Source of the DNA: Parcubacteria group bacterium Licking1014_17
GTDB lineage: Bacteria > Patescibacteriota > Minisyncoccia > 2-02-FULL-40-12 > IGHO2-01-FULL-4-A
Direction: 5' to 3'
Length of the DNA stretch: 64,000 nt
Assembly (NCBI GenBank): GCA_007376485.1
Contig: VMGJ01000001.1
Span: 41,788-105,787 of the forward strand
Each line of letters begins with the position of its first letter. Positions within the stretch are counted from its first letter, which is position 1. The position numbers and the translations under genes were made by a program. Below are positions 20,254 to 31,230 of the stretch, piece after piece. The notes beneath the pieces were generated by a model. That model saw nothing but the letters and a program-made list of their open reading frames with translations, ran no database searches and was not told the DNA's origin.

Positions 20254-22860
20254 ATGAAAAATGCCAATTTGGCAAGAATCACTGCGGGGAAGCAGTTTTT
20301 CGGGTTAGGGAAAAAACTCGGGCTGTTTTTGTTTGTAATTTTTTCCGTTTGGATTTTATTTTTTGTTGTCGGGAAAAATGTAGCCGCGGATATTGCTTAT
20401 AGCTGCACCACCAAAGCTTCTGGCAATTGGGACGACCCCAATATCTGGAGCGGTTGTAATCCGACTTCTGGTTATCCGCAAACGAACGACACGGTTACGA
20501 TTGACGGCAATAACCAGGTGACATTAAATGTTCCCTCAGCTACCATCGCCGGACTTTCTTTCAGGGATACGGGATCCTTGGTTCATAAAAACGGAAACTC
20601 GCTGGCAATTAGCGGCTCGGTCGCGCTAAGCCAGCCCATAAGCGGAAATGACGTGTTTAATCAATGGCAGATAAATGATGGTTCGGCGATTGCCGTCGGG
20701 CAGATTTCTTTGGGCGGAATCGGTGCCGGCAAACTTGGCAGTAAGATTATCATTACTTCCGGAACCTTGACTGCCAAGAGCGGCATCGCTTTCCTGTGTA
20801 ACGGGCTAAATTACGAAAATTGCGTTCTTGATATGTCCGGCGGCGCGGGACGCGTTAACGTGAAAGGTCCCTTAGGTGGAATTGAAAATGCGACATTAGT
20901 GGCTGGATCAGAAAGCACAATCAGTTTCATTGATGATTCAGCAGACATGGACATTTATATGTCATGGGGCAGCGGCAGTTTTAATAATATTGAGATTAAC
21001 AGCTCCGATAAAAACGTTTATTTGGGCGAGGACATAACGCCTTTGAATGTCTTAGGAAATTTAACGGTATCAAGCGGGGTGTTTAAGCAAAACGGATATA
21101 ATGTCGAGGGCAATAATGGCAAAACACTTGAGGTAAAGAACGCCGGAACCTACGTTATAGAAGGCAATGCAACATTTCCCCCGGGTTTTGGCGCTTATTC
21201 TTTCGATGAAACCAGCACCGTGGTGTACGCGCAGAATGTAAATACGGCCATTTCGGCTCAAAACTACGGCAATGTTACGATAGAACCGGATCAGCCGGCT
21301 GATAGCGGAAGCATTGTTTTCACAATTGACCAGGGCAAGATTGTTATGGCCGGTGGCTTAGCGATAGAAACAGGAATCGCAGCCAAACCGATCACGGTTG
21401 ATGCGAATAAGAACGAAGTTCTTCTGGATATCGGAATCGGAGGCGTAATGATAGCGCAAAATGCCGAATTAATAGCCAATGGCAAAAATTTTCTCGAAAA
21501 CGACGGACCGTGGATAAACGAAGGAACATTCACTCACAACAACAACGCGGTTTATTTCGGCGGCGACAAATCAGATGCATATAAATTCATTCCGGGCAAA
21601 AGTTCGTTTTACAATCTTTTTATTGTCGGCAAGAGCATTTGGGACCTGAATAGCAACGATTTAAATGTGGAGAATTTGTTGAAGGTGGACAATGGCATAC
21701 TTTCCGGCACCGGAAACGTTGAAGTTAATGGCAATGTTGATTGCGCTTTTTCCTGCGCCGGTTCAATAAACATGACCGGCGGCAATTTTACGGTTAGGGC
21801 GCCGAAGGATGTTAATTTCGGCACCATTGGCGGTTCCGCTGACTGGCTGTTTAATAATCTCACTTTTAATAATTCTGATTCATCCGAACATACAGTAACC
21901 GCAAGCGCCGGCGGAACAGGAGAAATCAAAATCAGCGGCGTATTGACCGTTGGCGACGCCGATGATATAGCTAAAACTGTTTTTGACGCGAGTAACCGGA
22001 CTTGGGAATTAAGCGGAGGAAAAACGCCGTTTGATATTGTTGCCGGTTCTTTCAAGTCAAACACCTCAACATTCAAATACACCGCGGCAGAAGATGCCAC
22101 CATAACGGCTGAAAGCTATTATAATCTTCAGATTATGCCGGGAGAAGAAAGCACTCATACGATTGCCGAGGGCGCGCTGGCGGTGAGCAGCAATCTTGAT
22201 ATTGGAGACAAGGGAGCCGGCACGGTGACGGCGGACGCGAATAATCCGACCATAGACATTGACGGCAATTTTTCAATCGCCGAAGATTCCACTTTTATCG
22301 CGCCCGGAAAAACGGTTCTTTCAATCGCCAAGAATTTTTCAAACAAAGGAATATTCACCAACAGCGGTGGGATGGTGAGTTTTGACGGTGACAAAGACAG
22401 CGTAATCAGCGGTGACAAAACGGCTTTTTATAGCTTATCAATTACGACGCCGGGCAAGAAAATGAAATTCAGCGCCGGCCAAACATTTAATATAGGAGGG
22501 GATTTCACCGTTACCGGTTCGGTAAGCGGCAGTATTTATATTTCATCCGATATAGAAGGCTCAAAATGGTTTATTAACAAACAAGGCAAAGATAACATAA
22601 CTTTTGCCGATATTAAAGATTCCGGATGCGACGAGAAAAGCGGGGATATCGCATGCGGAGAAACATCCATAAACAGCAGTAATAATGATTTCTGCTGGAA
22701 GTTCGGTTCCGGTTTAAGAATAACATCCTACCCAAACAACGCATCCAAATCGGTTATTCCGATGGCCAGCCCAGCCGGCAAAGCTTCCTATGCCGGTACC
22801 AGTACTTACACCAACCAACCCTTGCCGTCGTTAAGACCGTTACCGCCAATCCGCAGATAA
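20254..22860 (+). CDS. Exported beta-helix-type surface protein, paralogue of the giant adhesin passenger
   Basis: N-terminal TM/signal, SGNWDDPNIW start, G/N/T-rich repeats; collinear with part of 22939-31227. Start set at ATG 20254. Confidence 0.8.
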   Translation: MKNANLARITAGKQFFGLGKKLGLFLFVIFSVWILFFVVGKNVAADIAYSCTTKASGNWDDPNIWSGCNPTSGYPQTNDTVTIDGNNQVTLNVPSATIAGLSFRDTGSLVHKNGNSLAISGSVALSQPISGNDVFNQWQINDGSAIAVGQISLGGIGAGKLGSKIIITSGTLTAKSGIAFLCNGLNYENCVLDMSGGAGRVNVKGPLGGIENATLVAGSESTISFIDDSADMDIYMSWGSGSFNNIEINSSDKNVYLGEDITPLNVLGNLTVSSGVFKQNGYNVEGNNGKTLEVKNAGTYVIEGNATFPPGFGAYSFDETSTVVYAQNVNTAISAQNYGNVTIEPDQPADSGSIVFTIDQGKIVMAGGLAIETGIAAKPITVDANKNEVLLDIGIGGVMIAQNAELIANGKNFLENDGPWINEGTFTHNNNAVYFGGDKSDAYKFIPGKSSFYNLFIVGKSIWDLNSNDLNVENLLKVDNGILSGTGNVEVNGNVDCAFSCAGSINMTGGNFTVRAPKDVNFGTIGGSADWLFNNLTFNNSDSSEHTVTASAGGTGEIKISGVLTVGDADDIAKTVFDASNRTWELSGGKTPFDIVAGSFKSNTSTFKYTAAEDATITAESYYNLQIMPGEESTHTIAEGALAVSSNLDIGDKGAGTVTADANNPTIDIDGNFSIAEDSTFIAPGKTVLSIAKNFSNKGIFTNSGGMVSFDGDKDSVISGDKTAFYSLSITTPGKKMKFSAGQTFNIGGDFTVTGSVSGSIYISSDIEGSKWFINKQGKDNITFADIKDSGCDEKSGDIACGETSINSSNNDFCWKFGSGLRITSYPNNASKSVIPMASPAGKASYAGTSTYTNQPLPSLRPLPPIRR

Positions 22861-22938
22861 CAATTAAATAGATTTCCCCACTTCTCAACAATCCGCGGTT
22901 TAACTTCCCCGCGGTTTTGTTAAAATATACAGGTAACA

Positions 22939-25900
22939 ATGAAAAGGATTGATTTAAAGAAGATCATCCATACTGGTCAGTTTTTTGCCGTGAAAAAGAT
23001 TTTCGCAACAAAAAGAACTCTCAAGCTGATTTTTGCCGCTGCCATAACAGCTACCGTCATATTTATTGTCATTTTCTCCTTTGTTAATGCCGGTCTTTTC
23101 AACTTCTATCCTCAAACCTGCCTTGGCGACTGGGAATACGCCGAAAACGCTTCCGGCAAACCCGACCTTCCTCCCGACGCCACTACCGAGAAATTTGATA
23201 AGAACAATTCCGCCTTCTTTTCCGGCGGTTACCGCAAGATATTCTGTGGCAACTTCAGAAGCAATGATGAATCCGGAGATAAAATCTTCCAGAAAGCAAA
23301 ATTGAGGTTGTCGTGGACACTCGTGCCGGACATCAACTCTGCGGTGCCTGTCATCGACCAATCCGAGTTTCAAAAAAATATACTGGATTATAGCGGGGAC
23401 GAAAAGATTATCGTGGTTCCCGATGAAGAAAAATCCGCTCCCGAAAAACAAGAGAATACGGTTTTACCTTCACCCGATGTAAGTTCATCAGCCGAAGAAA
23501 AAACACTGGAGCCGGTTCCGTCAGAATCACCCAGCCCTCAATCCGAATCGATTCCACCGACCGAGTCACCGCAATCTCCGGCGGAAGAGAATACCGCCCA
23601 AGAAAACGCTGATGTCGGCGAGCCGAGCAGTTTTAATGGAACATCTTTATTTAAAATGGGGCTTCTTGGCGTTTTCAGGACAGCGCTTACAGAGAATATC
23701 GGATCACTTCTGGGGTTAATAATGGAAATTAACAACAACAGCAGTTCCAGCTTGGAGGAAACGCTAACTCCTACAGAGCCCTCGGTTTTCATGCCCGAAA
23801 TAAGTATGGAGACGACTTCTGAAAAAGTTGAAACAAGTTCTACGCCCGCGAGCATTGCCGCCGGCGACGGCACGGCCTCAAAATCGGAATCCCCTCTGGA
23901 AAAAGAAATAATACCGCCAAAATCTTTGGATGATTTTCTTGAAATACTTTACAGCGTTGACGGCAAAAACTGGGAATCCATCGGCAATGTAAATCTTGAC
24001 AGTTTCAATAACGCCGAATTTGAGGTGCCTATTATTTCATGGAACGAACTGGCGAATCTCCAAATCAGAATCGGCGGGACGGGGCTGACGGACAGCGTGA
24101 GCGGAGTGTATTTGGACGGGATGTGGCTGGAAGTCAGTTATAGCGACAGTCAAGACGAGGTTGTTAGCGAGGATATAATGAGGGGATTGCCGAAAGTTCA
24201 GGTCAAAGACTCGGACGTTTTCAAATCAAAGAAAAAAGATTTTCGCTTTAACGAAGACGTGAAGTTTGAAATTAATCTTGGAAAAACGGCTTCCGGGAGC
24301 GTTGATGAAAACACGAAACCGCCAGCAACGCCTGAACCGTCGTCGCTTCTCAAAAATTCTTATAAAAATATTTTGGGCGCCGAGAGCGCCTTAGCCGCCG
24401 GCAGGATTGTTGAAGCCAGAGTATACAGCCCGACCGGCAAGCTGACAAATATAAAACCGTATATCAAGCAAGATACGGGGACTGAAACCGCGCAAATCTT
24501 TTTTTCGCCGCCCGGGCGAGCATACAAATCGGGCAAATACAAACTGGTCGTTGAGATTCTTCAGGATGACCGGGTAGTTGTGGCGGAACACGATTTTACC
24601 TGGGGTGTCCTTGCTTTGAACGCCAATAAGTCCATCTATATACCGGGCGAGTCGGCTTATCTTCAGTTCGCTTCGTTGAGCAATATAGGGCACACTTTGT
24701 GCGACAGCAATCTTGAGCTCATTATCACTCCGCCAAAAGGGCCAGAGTGGGTATTAAGCGTAGAGGACGGCGATATAAAAAGGAGCGACACCTGCGGACC
24801 CAATAATTATACCGACAAACCGGATTACTACGCGTATTACACGCCCGAATACACGGGCGCTTACGGACTCACACTGAAAAATTTGGATAACGGGAATGAA
24901 ATAACCGACTCCATTCAAGCCGACGGTTTGGTTGATATGGATGTGGAACGCGTCGGTGCGACGCGCATTAATCCGTTTTTGGGACAGAACTATTTTACGA
25001 CCATTAATATCAAAGCAGGTCAGCCTTTTGAGGGAGAAATTGTGGATACGCTCCCAAAGGGATTTGTGGTTATGGGCAGTTCCGATTACATTGTCCGCAA
25101 AACACCGACGGGCGACGTAGAAGTAGTATGGAGAAAAATTTTATTGCGTGGGGACACGGCTATCCTGACCTATGAATATGACCCGGCTGATATCTCGCCG
25201 GAGCTGTTTCTTCTGGGTCCGTTAAAATTTATCGCGAAGTCGGATCCGCTATCGTCTTTTTTTCAGGAAGCGCGCCAGTGGCAACTGGCGTCGGATTATT
25301 CCTGCGTCGCAAAAGCGACCGGCGCCTGGAGTGCCAGCGGCACTTGGACAACATGTAATTCAACCACACCCCAACCGACGGATACGGTTACAATCGCCAC
25401 AACATATGTTGTGACATTGGATACTTCGGCTACCATCGCCGGTCTTAGCCTTGCAAACACAGCTCAACTGAATCATCCCGGCACAAATGCCCTAACTGTG
25501 AATGGTTCAGTTGCCCTTACACCGCCGCCGACAGTCAATTTTAATCAATGGAACATTGCGGGAGGTACCGCGACCGTAACCGGCGCGATAACGTGGGGTG
25601 CCGGTGGCAGTTCAAAGGTATCTAAGATTTTAATTACAACCGGAACATTAAATGCCAGTGGCGGATTATCATTCGGCTGCCTTAATTACCCGGCAAGCTG
25701 CCTTATTGATATGTCGGGGGGCGCGGGCACTTTAAATTTAAGCGGCGCCATAACAAGCGTAACCAAAGGGCAACTAACGGCCGGGACCACCAGCACTTTC
25801 GTATACGCTGACCAGAGTGCCGACCAAACAATACAAATGGCTTGGGGCGGCGGCAGTTACAATAATCTTGGAATTAATAACGGCGCTAAGGTGGCAACCG

Positions 25901-28900
25901 TAGCCGAAAATATAACGACATCAAACGTGAGCGGTAGTATAACAGTTACCAGTGGCACTTTCAACGCCAGTAATGTTACGATTGCGGGCAACAGCGGCAA
26001 AACATTTGAGGTTGATAACGGAGCCACCTTCACGATGAGCGGCAATACAACTTTTCCGACCGGCTTTTCCACGTTTACTTTTCAGAGCACGAGCACCACA
26101 AAATACGGACAGAGTGTGGATTCGGATATTTCGGCGCAGAGCTATGGTTATCTGATAGTCAGTCCTGTTGCCGACCCCTCCAGCCACAGCGCTGATTTTT
26201 ATCTTGCTTCGGGAACCATTTCCACCGCCAGTGCTTTTATTGTCGCTTTGGGTTCCGCTGCCACTTCAGTTTTTGTTAATGCCGACACGAACGACCCGAC
26301 TCTTGATATAAACAGTTATTTGTCCATAGGCGCGAGCACGACTTTTCAGGCTTCAAATTCCGGAACTTTCACCATCAACGGCAGTTTGTTTAACGCCGGC
26401 ACGTTTACCCACAATAGCGGCACCGTCACTTTTGACAGCACCGCGAGCGGCAGGGGGATAAATATGAACGGCAGTTCACTATATAACTTGACGATTAACG
26501 GTTCCGGCGGCGAATGGTCGTCGCTCACAAATATGCTGACAGTAGCCAATGATTTAATCTTGACCGCCGGAACTTTAAACAATGCTTCCGGCAGTGCGGA
26601 CATTGAAGTCAACGGAAACGTTTCCTGTAACGGCACCTGCGGCACAGTCAGTTTGACAGCCGGAAAGTTTACCCAGAAAGTTGCCGCCGACAAAAATTTC
26701 GGAACGTCAGTGGCTGTTGCCACTGCCTGGACTTTCAATGCCTTGCATTTCACCAACAGCAGCGGCACCGACAGGATAATCACAACCAGTACCACCGGCA
26801 CCGGAACCATCACCGTAACAGCTTCCATGTCCATCGGCGTTTTCAGCGCCACCAACAAAGCCACGCTTGACGCCGACCACAGAACCTGGATTTTAAGCGG
26901 AAGTAATGAAGCCGATGCACACATTCCTCTTTCCATTGACGCCACCAAAGGAGCTCTAACCGCTCACGCATCGATTTTCCGCTACACCGGCAGTTCCACT
27001 ACCACAATCGAGGCGGCAACCTACTACAATCTTGAAGTAAAACCCGGTGGTGCCGTGACCCATACTTTCAAAGCGGGGACGACGACGGCTTACACTTTAA
27101 CCGCGGGAGACGGATCCAATAGCGGAACAATAACCACCAATACCAATAGCACGACCCTTGATATTGGTTTTGGAGGAGTTTCTATAGCTGCCTATGGCAC
27201 TCTCGTCGCCCATGCCAGCAATGCTTTTACTGTTGAAGGTTCATGGACAAACGCCGGCACTTTTACTCATAGTAGCGGCACGGTAACTTTTGACGGAACG
27301 ACGGTAGCTTCAATTCCAGTAACAACCGGCGGCAGTTCTTTCAATAATTTAATGATAGCGGGAGCGGGTAACTTCGCATTGCAGGATTCAACGACAATCG
27401 CCGGCGATTTGAAAGTAAACAGCGGCACCTTTTCTGGTGGCGTTGTCACGACTGTTAACGGCGACGTAACTTGTGTTACCACCTGCGGCACGATAAACTA
27501 TGCCAGCGGTATTTTTATACAAAACGTTGCCGGAAACAAAGCCTTCGGCACTACCGCCGGTACTGCTACGTGGACATTTAATGTTCTTCACTTTGCCGCC
27601 AGTGACGGTACTGACAGGGTGATTACCGCCAGTTCGGGTGGCACCGGAACCATCACCGTCACTGCCTCCATGTCCATCGGCGTATTCAGCGCCACTAACA
27701 AAGCTACGCTTGATGCCGGCAACAGAACATGGATTTTAAGCGGAAGCGACTCAAACGGTGATTCTCCCCTATCTATAGACGCCACTAAGGGCGCCTTAAC
27801 CGCTAACACGTCAACTTTCCGTTATACCGGCAGTTCAGCCACTACGATTGAGGCGGCTACTTATTACAATCTTGAAGTAAAACCCGGCGGCGCCGTGACC
27901 CATACTTTCAAGGCGGGGACAACAGGAGCAAATCATTTACTTACTATTGGCGACGGAGCTAATAGCGGAGTCGTAACAGCAAATACCAACAGTACTATTT
28001 TGGATGTAGGCGACGGCACAAGCGGCAGCGGCGTTTCAATCGCCGCCAGCGCCACGCTGACGGCCAACGCCAGCAACGGTTTCACGGTTTACGGCTCATG
28101 GACAAACGCCGGCACGTTTACCCACAGCAACGGCACGGTTACCTTTGACGGGGATGATGACTTAATTAGCTTTACCCTTACTCCGGCAAGCAGTCCATTC
28201 TACAATCTGACCGTAAATAATACGGGAGGCGCAATATGGACATTACAAAGCGGTCAGACTCTTATTGTAGCTAACGATTTATATATTAACGGCGGGACAC
28301 TGAACGACGATAGCGCTACTGCCATGGTTTTTAACGGAAACGTAACCTGTTCGGTGACCTGCGGTATTATCAACACCTCTGCCAATGTTATCCAAAACGT
28401 TGCCGCCAATAAAGTCTTCGGCACTACTGCCGGCACCGCCGCCTGGACTTTCAAAGCCCTTCATTTTGCCAACAGCAATGGAACCGACAGATTAATCACT
28501 ACCAGTTCGGGTGGCTCCGGAACCATCACCGTCACTGCCTCCATGTCCATTGGCGTTTTTAGCGCCACCAATAAAGCTACGCTTGATGCCGGCAATAGAA
28601 CTTGGATTTTAAGCGGGAGCGACTCAAACAGTGATCCCCCCTTAACTATTGACGCCTCCAAAGGGGTTTTGACTGCCAATACATCTACATTCAGATTTAC
28701 CGGTAGTTCCGCCACCACAATCGAACAAGCGACTTATTACAACCTTGAAGTAAAACCCGGCGGCGCCGTGACTCATACTTTCAAAGCGGGAACAACAGCG
28801 GCTTACGGGCTAACCGCTGGAGATGGAGTCAATAGCGGAGTCATAACGGCCAACACCAACAGCACAATCCTTGATATAGGTTTTGGGGGAGTTTCCATAG

Positions 28901-31227
28901 CCGCCAACAACACCCTTATTGCCCATGCCAGCAATGCTTTTACCTGCGAAGGTTCCTGGACAAACGCCGGCACATTCACCCATAGCAACGGCACGGTAAC
29001 TTTTGACGGAACTGGTTCCCACACAATTAATAACGGGGATAAAACCATTAATTCTTTTTACGGTCTAATAATTAATAAGGCGGGTGGAGTTTGGGATGTT
29101 ACGAGCAATGATATTGTAGTTCAATACTCACTTACAATAACAGCGGGAACTCTTGATTTAAACGGGCAGGGGTTATCTGCTAGTCTGACTTTGGTCAATG
29201 ATGACACTCTGCGTCTTCAAGGCGGTGAAACGATAACTGGATTAACTATGGACACAAATTCGGGGACAGTTGAATATGATGGCACTACCGGATACACCGG
29301 GCTTAAGGCAGGAAATGAATATTTTAATCTGAAATTTAGCGGTTCCGGAGGTTCTTGGACGTTAAATCATGACTTAGTCGTAAATGCCACTTTTGCTATT
29401 ACAAACGGAACAGTGGATGCGTCCGGTTCAAATTATGATATCAGCGTCGGCAAAAGCTGGAATAATGCCGGAACGTTCACCGCCCAGCAGGGTGCGGTCA
29501 CTTTTGACGGCAATTTTAATGTGGCGACATGGGGTATCACAACTGGCAGTAGTCCTTTTTATGATTTGGTAATAATCGGACCCGACCCCTATATGATCAG
29601 TAGCGACATTACTGTCCAAAACGATTTGGACGTGAACGGAAGCACCTTAAACGGCTTTGGTTCAAATGTCATGACCGTCAATGGAAATGTTACCTGCGTC
29701 ACTACTTGTGGCACTATTTCTGGATTAAATCTTTTCCAGACTGTCAGCGCAAACAAAGTCATTGGGCCCGTTACCGGCACGAACGACTGGTCGTTTGGTT
29801 TTCTTCATCTGTCCACTTCCGGAGGTTCGGACAGAACCATTACCGTGAACAGCGGAGGTAGCGGGGCATTTGCCGTGGCTTCCTCCATGTCCATCGGTGT
29901 TTACAGCGCTTCCGCGAAGACCATTCTTGACGCGGACAATAAGACATTTATATTGAACGGCAGCGACGAAGCCGATGGAGATGTTCCGTTCACCGTCGGC
30001 GCCAACGGCACTTTTACGCAAAATACTTCCACTTTCAGATTCGCCGGCACTTCGGCGACCACCGTTGCTGCGGGAACTTATTATAATTTGGAAATAAAAC
30101 CGGGCGGAACAGGCACTCACACCATAGCAAGCGGCGCTTTGAAAACGAATAATAATTTTGTAATTGGCGACGGGACGCATACCGGCTCGGTAAACGCTAC
30201 GACAAACGACCCCAATATCAACGTGGACGGAAGCTTTTCAATCGCGGCGAGTTCCGAGTTTGTTGCTTCTGACGCCGGAACATTTTCAATAGCCAAAAAC
30301 TTTTCGAATTCCGGCGCATTTACCCATAGCAATGGCACGGTAACTTTTGACTCACTTAACAACAGCACCGTCAGCGGCTCTAATACAATCTTTTATGGTT
30401 TATCGATGGCGACTGACAACAAAAAAATGAGGTTCACTGCCGGGCAGACGTTTGAAACTGACGGATTGATGACGCTTGGCGGTTCCGATGCCGACAATCA
30501 GGTTCAAATCGTTTCTACCGCCTCTGATTCGCAATGGTTTATAAATCACCAAGGGACCGAAAGCGTGAACTATACGTACGTCCATGATTCGGGTTGCGAC
30601 GCTTCCTCAACGGACATAACAGTTACTACGGGTACCGACGGCGGCAACAACGGGCTATGCTGGGTGTTCGATTATAATATAACGGTTGCGCTCTGTTCGG
30701 ATCCCGACATTGATTTTGGAACTTTGGCGCCGGGCAGCGGCAGGGTTACCAGAACCTCGTGTATTTCGATTAACACCAACAATCCCAGCGGTTATTCGAT
30801 CAGCGCCGGAAGGGACCGGGCAAGTCCGGCAACCACGCTTGCCTCCGAGGGGGATACAAGCATTAATATTTCCGATACGCTGAACGGCATTGATGTTTTT
30901 GACGGATTATCCAGTTGCACCGCCAGCCCCAATATAACTTCGCCGTGGGTTGAAGGTGCGTCAACAGGCCTCGGCTATGTTCTTTATAGAGCCGATGTCG
31001 GTAAAAGCACAACATGCTGGGGCACGGGGACAAACGAAACCGATTCCGCGAACCGATATGCTGCCTTGCCGGCTTCAAATGGACCGGCGGATGTATTTTT
31101 GAATGTGCCCGTAAATTCTCCGAATCCTTCCTATTCTTCGGTCGGCTGGAGTTTGGATATCCCCACAAATCAAATTCCCACTTCTTACGGCGGTATGGTG
31201 ATTTATTCAATTACCGCTAATCCTTAA
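22939..31227 (+). CDS. Giant (2762 aa) surface adhesin with internal repeats and a C-terminal WxL/pilin-like domain
   Basis: N-terminal TM, P/S/E linker, T/G/S/N-rich repeats; C-terminus similar to the 33669-34433 product. Confidence 0.88.
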   Translation: MKRIDLKKIIHTGQFFAVKKIFATKRTLKLIFAAAITATVIFIVIFSFVNAGLFNFYPQTCLGDWEYAENASGKPDLPPDATTEKFDKNNSAFFSGGYRKIFCGNFRSNDESGDKIFQKAKLRLSWTLVPDINSAVPVIDQSEFQKNILDYSGDEKIIVVPDEEKSAPEKQENTVLPSPDVSSSAEEKTLEPVPSESPSPQSESIPPTESPQSPAEENTAQENADVGEPSSFNGTSLFKMGLLGVFRTALTENIGSLLGLIMEINNNSSSSLEETLTPTEPSVFMPEISMETTSEKVETSSTPASIAAGDGTASKSESPLEKEIIPPKSLDDFLEILYSVDGKNWESIGNVNLDSFNNAEFEVPIISWNELANLQIRIGGTGLTDSVSGVYLDGMWLEVSYSDSQDEVVSEDIMRGLPKVQVKDSDVFKSKKKDFRFNEDVKFEINLGKTASGSVDENTKPPATPEPSSLLKNSYKNILGAESALAAGRIVEARVYSPTGKLTNIKPYIKQDTGTETAQIFFSPPGRAYKSGKYKLVVEILQDDRVVVAEHDFTWGVLALNANKSIYIPGESAYLQFASLSNIGHTLCDSNLELIITPPKGPEWVLSVEDGDIKRSDTCGPNNYTDKPDYYAYYTPEYTGAYGLTLKNLDNGNEITDSIQADGLVDMDVERVGATRINPFLGQNYFTTINIKAGQPFEGEIVDTLPKGFVVMGSSDYIVRKTPTGDVEVVWRKILLRGDTAILTYEYDPADISPELFLLGPLKFIAKSDPLSSFFQEARQWQLASDYSCVAKATGAWSASGTWTTCNSTTPQPTDTVTIATTYVVTLDTSATIAGLSLANTAQLNHPGTNALTVNGSVALTPPPTVNFNQWNIAGGTATVTGAITWGAGGSSKVSKILITTGTLNASGGLSFGCLNYPASCLIDMSGGAGTLNLSGAITSVTKGQLTAGTTSTFVYADQSADQTIQMAWGGGSYNNLGINNGAKVATVAENITTSNVSGSITVTSGTFNASNVTIAGNSGKTFEVDNGATFTMSGNTTFPTGFSTFTFQSTSTTKYGQSVDSDISAQSYGYLIVSPVADPSSHSADFYLASGTISTASAFIVALGSAATSVFVNADTNDPTLDINSYLSIGASTTFQASNSGTFTINGSLFNAGTFTHNSGTVTFDSTASGRGINMNGSSLYNLTINGSGGEWSSLTNMLTVANDLILTAGTLNNASGSADIEVNGNVSCNGTCGTVSLTAGKFTQKVAADKNFGTSVAVATAWTFNALHFTNSSGTDRIITTSTTGTGTITVTASMSIGVFSATNKATLDADHRTWILSGSNEADAHIPLSIDATKGALTAHASIFRYTGSSTTTIEAATYYNLEVKPGGAVTHTFKAGTTTAYTLTAGDGSNSGTITTNTNSTTLDIGFGGVSIAAYGTLVAHASNAFTVEGSWTNAGTFTHSSGTVTFDGTTVASIPVTTGGSSFNNLMIAGAGNFALQDSTTIAGDLKVNSGTFSGGVVTTVNGDVTCVTTCGTINYASGIFIQNVAGNKAFGTTAGTATWTFNVLHFAASDGTDRVITASSGGTGTITVTASMSIGVFSATNKATLDAGNRTWILSGSDSNGDSPLSIDATKGALTANTSTFRYTGSSATTIEAATYYNLEVKPGGAVTHTFKAGTTGANHLLTIGDGANSGVVTANTNSTILDVGDGTSGSGVSIAASATLTANASNGFTVYGSWTNAGTFTHSNGTVTFDGDDDLISFTLTPASSPFYNLTVNNTGGAIWTLQSGQTLIVANDLYINGGTLNDDSATAMVFNGNVTCSVTCGIINTSANVIQNVAANKVFGTTAGTAAWTFKALHFANSNGTDRLITTSSGGSGTITVTASMSIGVFSATNKATLDAGNRTWILSGSDSNSDPPLTIDASKGVLTANTSTFRFTGSSATTIEQATYYNLEVKPGGAVTHTFKAGTTAAYGLTAGDGVNSGVITANTNSTILDIGFGGVSIAANNTLIAHASNAFTCEGSWTNAGTFTHSNGTVTFDGTGSHTINNGDKTINSFYGLIINKAGGVWDVTSNDIVVQYSLTITAGTLDLNGQGLSASLTLVNDDTLRLQGGETITGLTMDTNSGTVEYDGTTGYTGLKAGNEYFNLKFSGSGGSWTLNHDLVVNATFAITNGTVDASGSNYDISVGKSWNNAGTFTAQQGAVTFDGNFNVATWGITTGSSPFYDLVIIGPDPYMISSDITVQNDLDVNGSTLNGFGSNVMTVNGNVTCVTTCGTISGLNLFQTVSANKVIGPVTGTNDWSFGFLHLSTSGGSDRTITVNSGGSGAFAVASSMSIGVYSASAKTILDADNKTFILNGSDEADGDVPFTVGANGTFTQNTSTFRFAGTSATTVAAGTYYNLEIKPGGTGTHTIASGALKTNNNFVIGDGTHTGSVNATTNDPNINVDGSFSIAASSEFVASDAGTFSIAKNFSNSGAFTHSNGTVTFDSLNNSTVSGSNTIFYGLSMATDNKKMRFTAGQTFETDGLMTLGGSDADNQVQIVSTASDSQWFINHQGTESVNYTYVHDSGCDASSTDITVTTGTDGGNNGLCWVFDYNITVALCSDPDIDFGTLAPGSGRVTRTSCISINTNNPSGYSISAGRDRASPATTLASEGDTSINISDTLNGIDVFDGLSSCTASPNITSPWVEGASTGLGYVLYRADVGKSTTCWGTGTNETDSANRYAALPASNGPADVFLNVPVNSPNPSYSSVGWSLDIPTNQIPTSYGGMVIYSITANP
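26380..29030 (+). repeat. About three tandem intragenic repeats of ~280-290 codons (boundaries approximate)
   Basis: GTITVTASMSIGVFSATNKATLDA recurs at 26803, 27646 and 28519 (spacing 843 and 873 bp), with a diverged fourth copy near 29870. Confidence 0.9.
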
Positions 31228-31230
31228 CTT

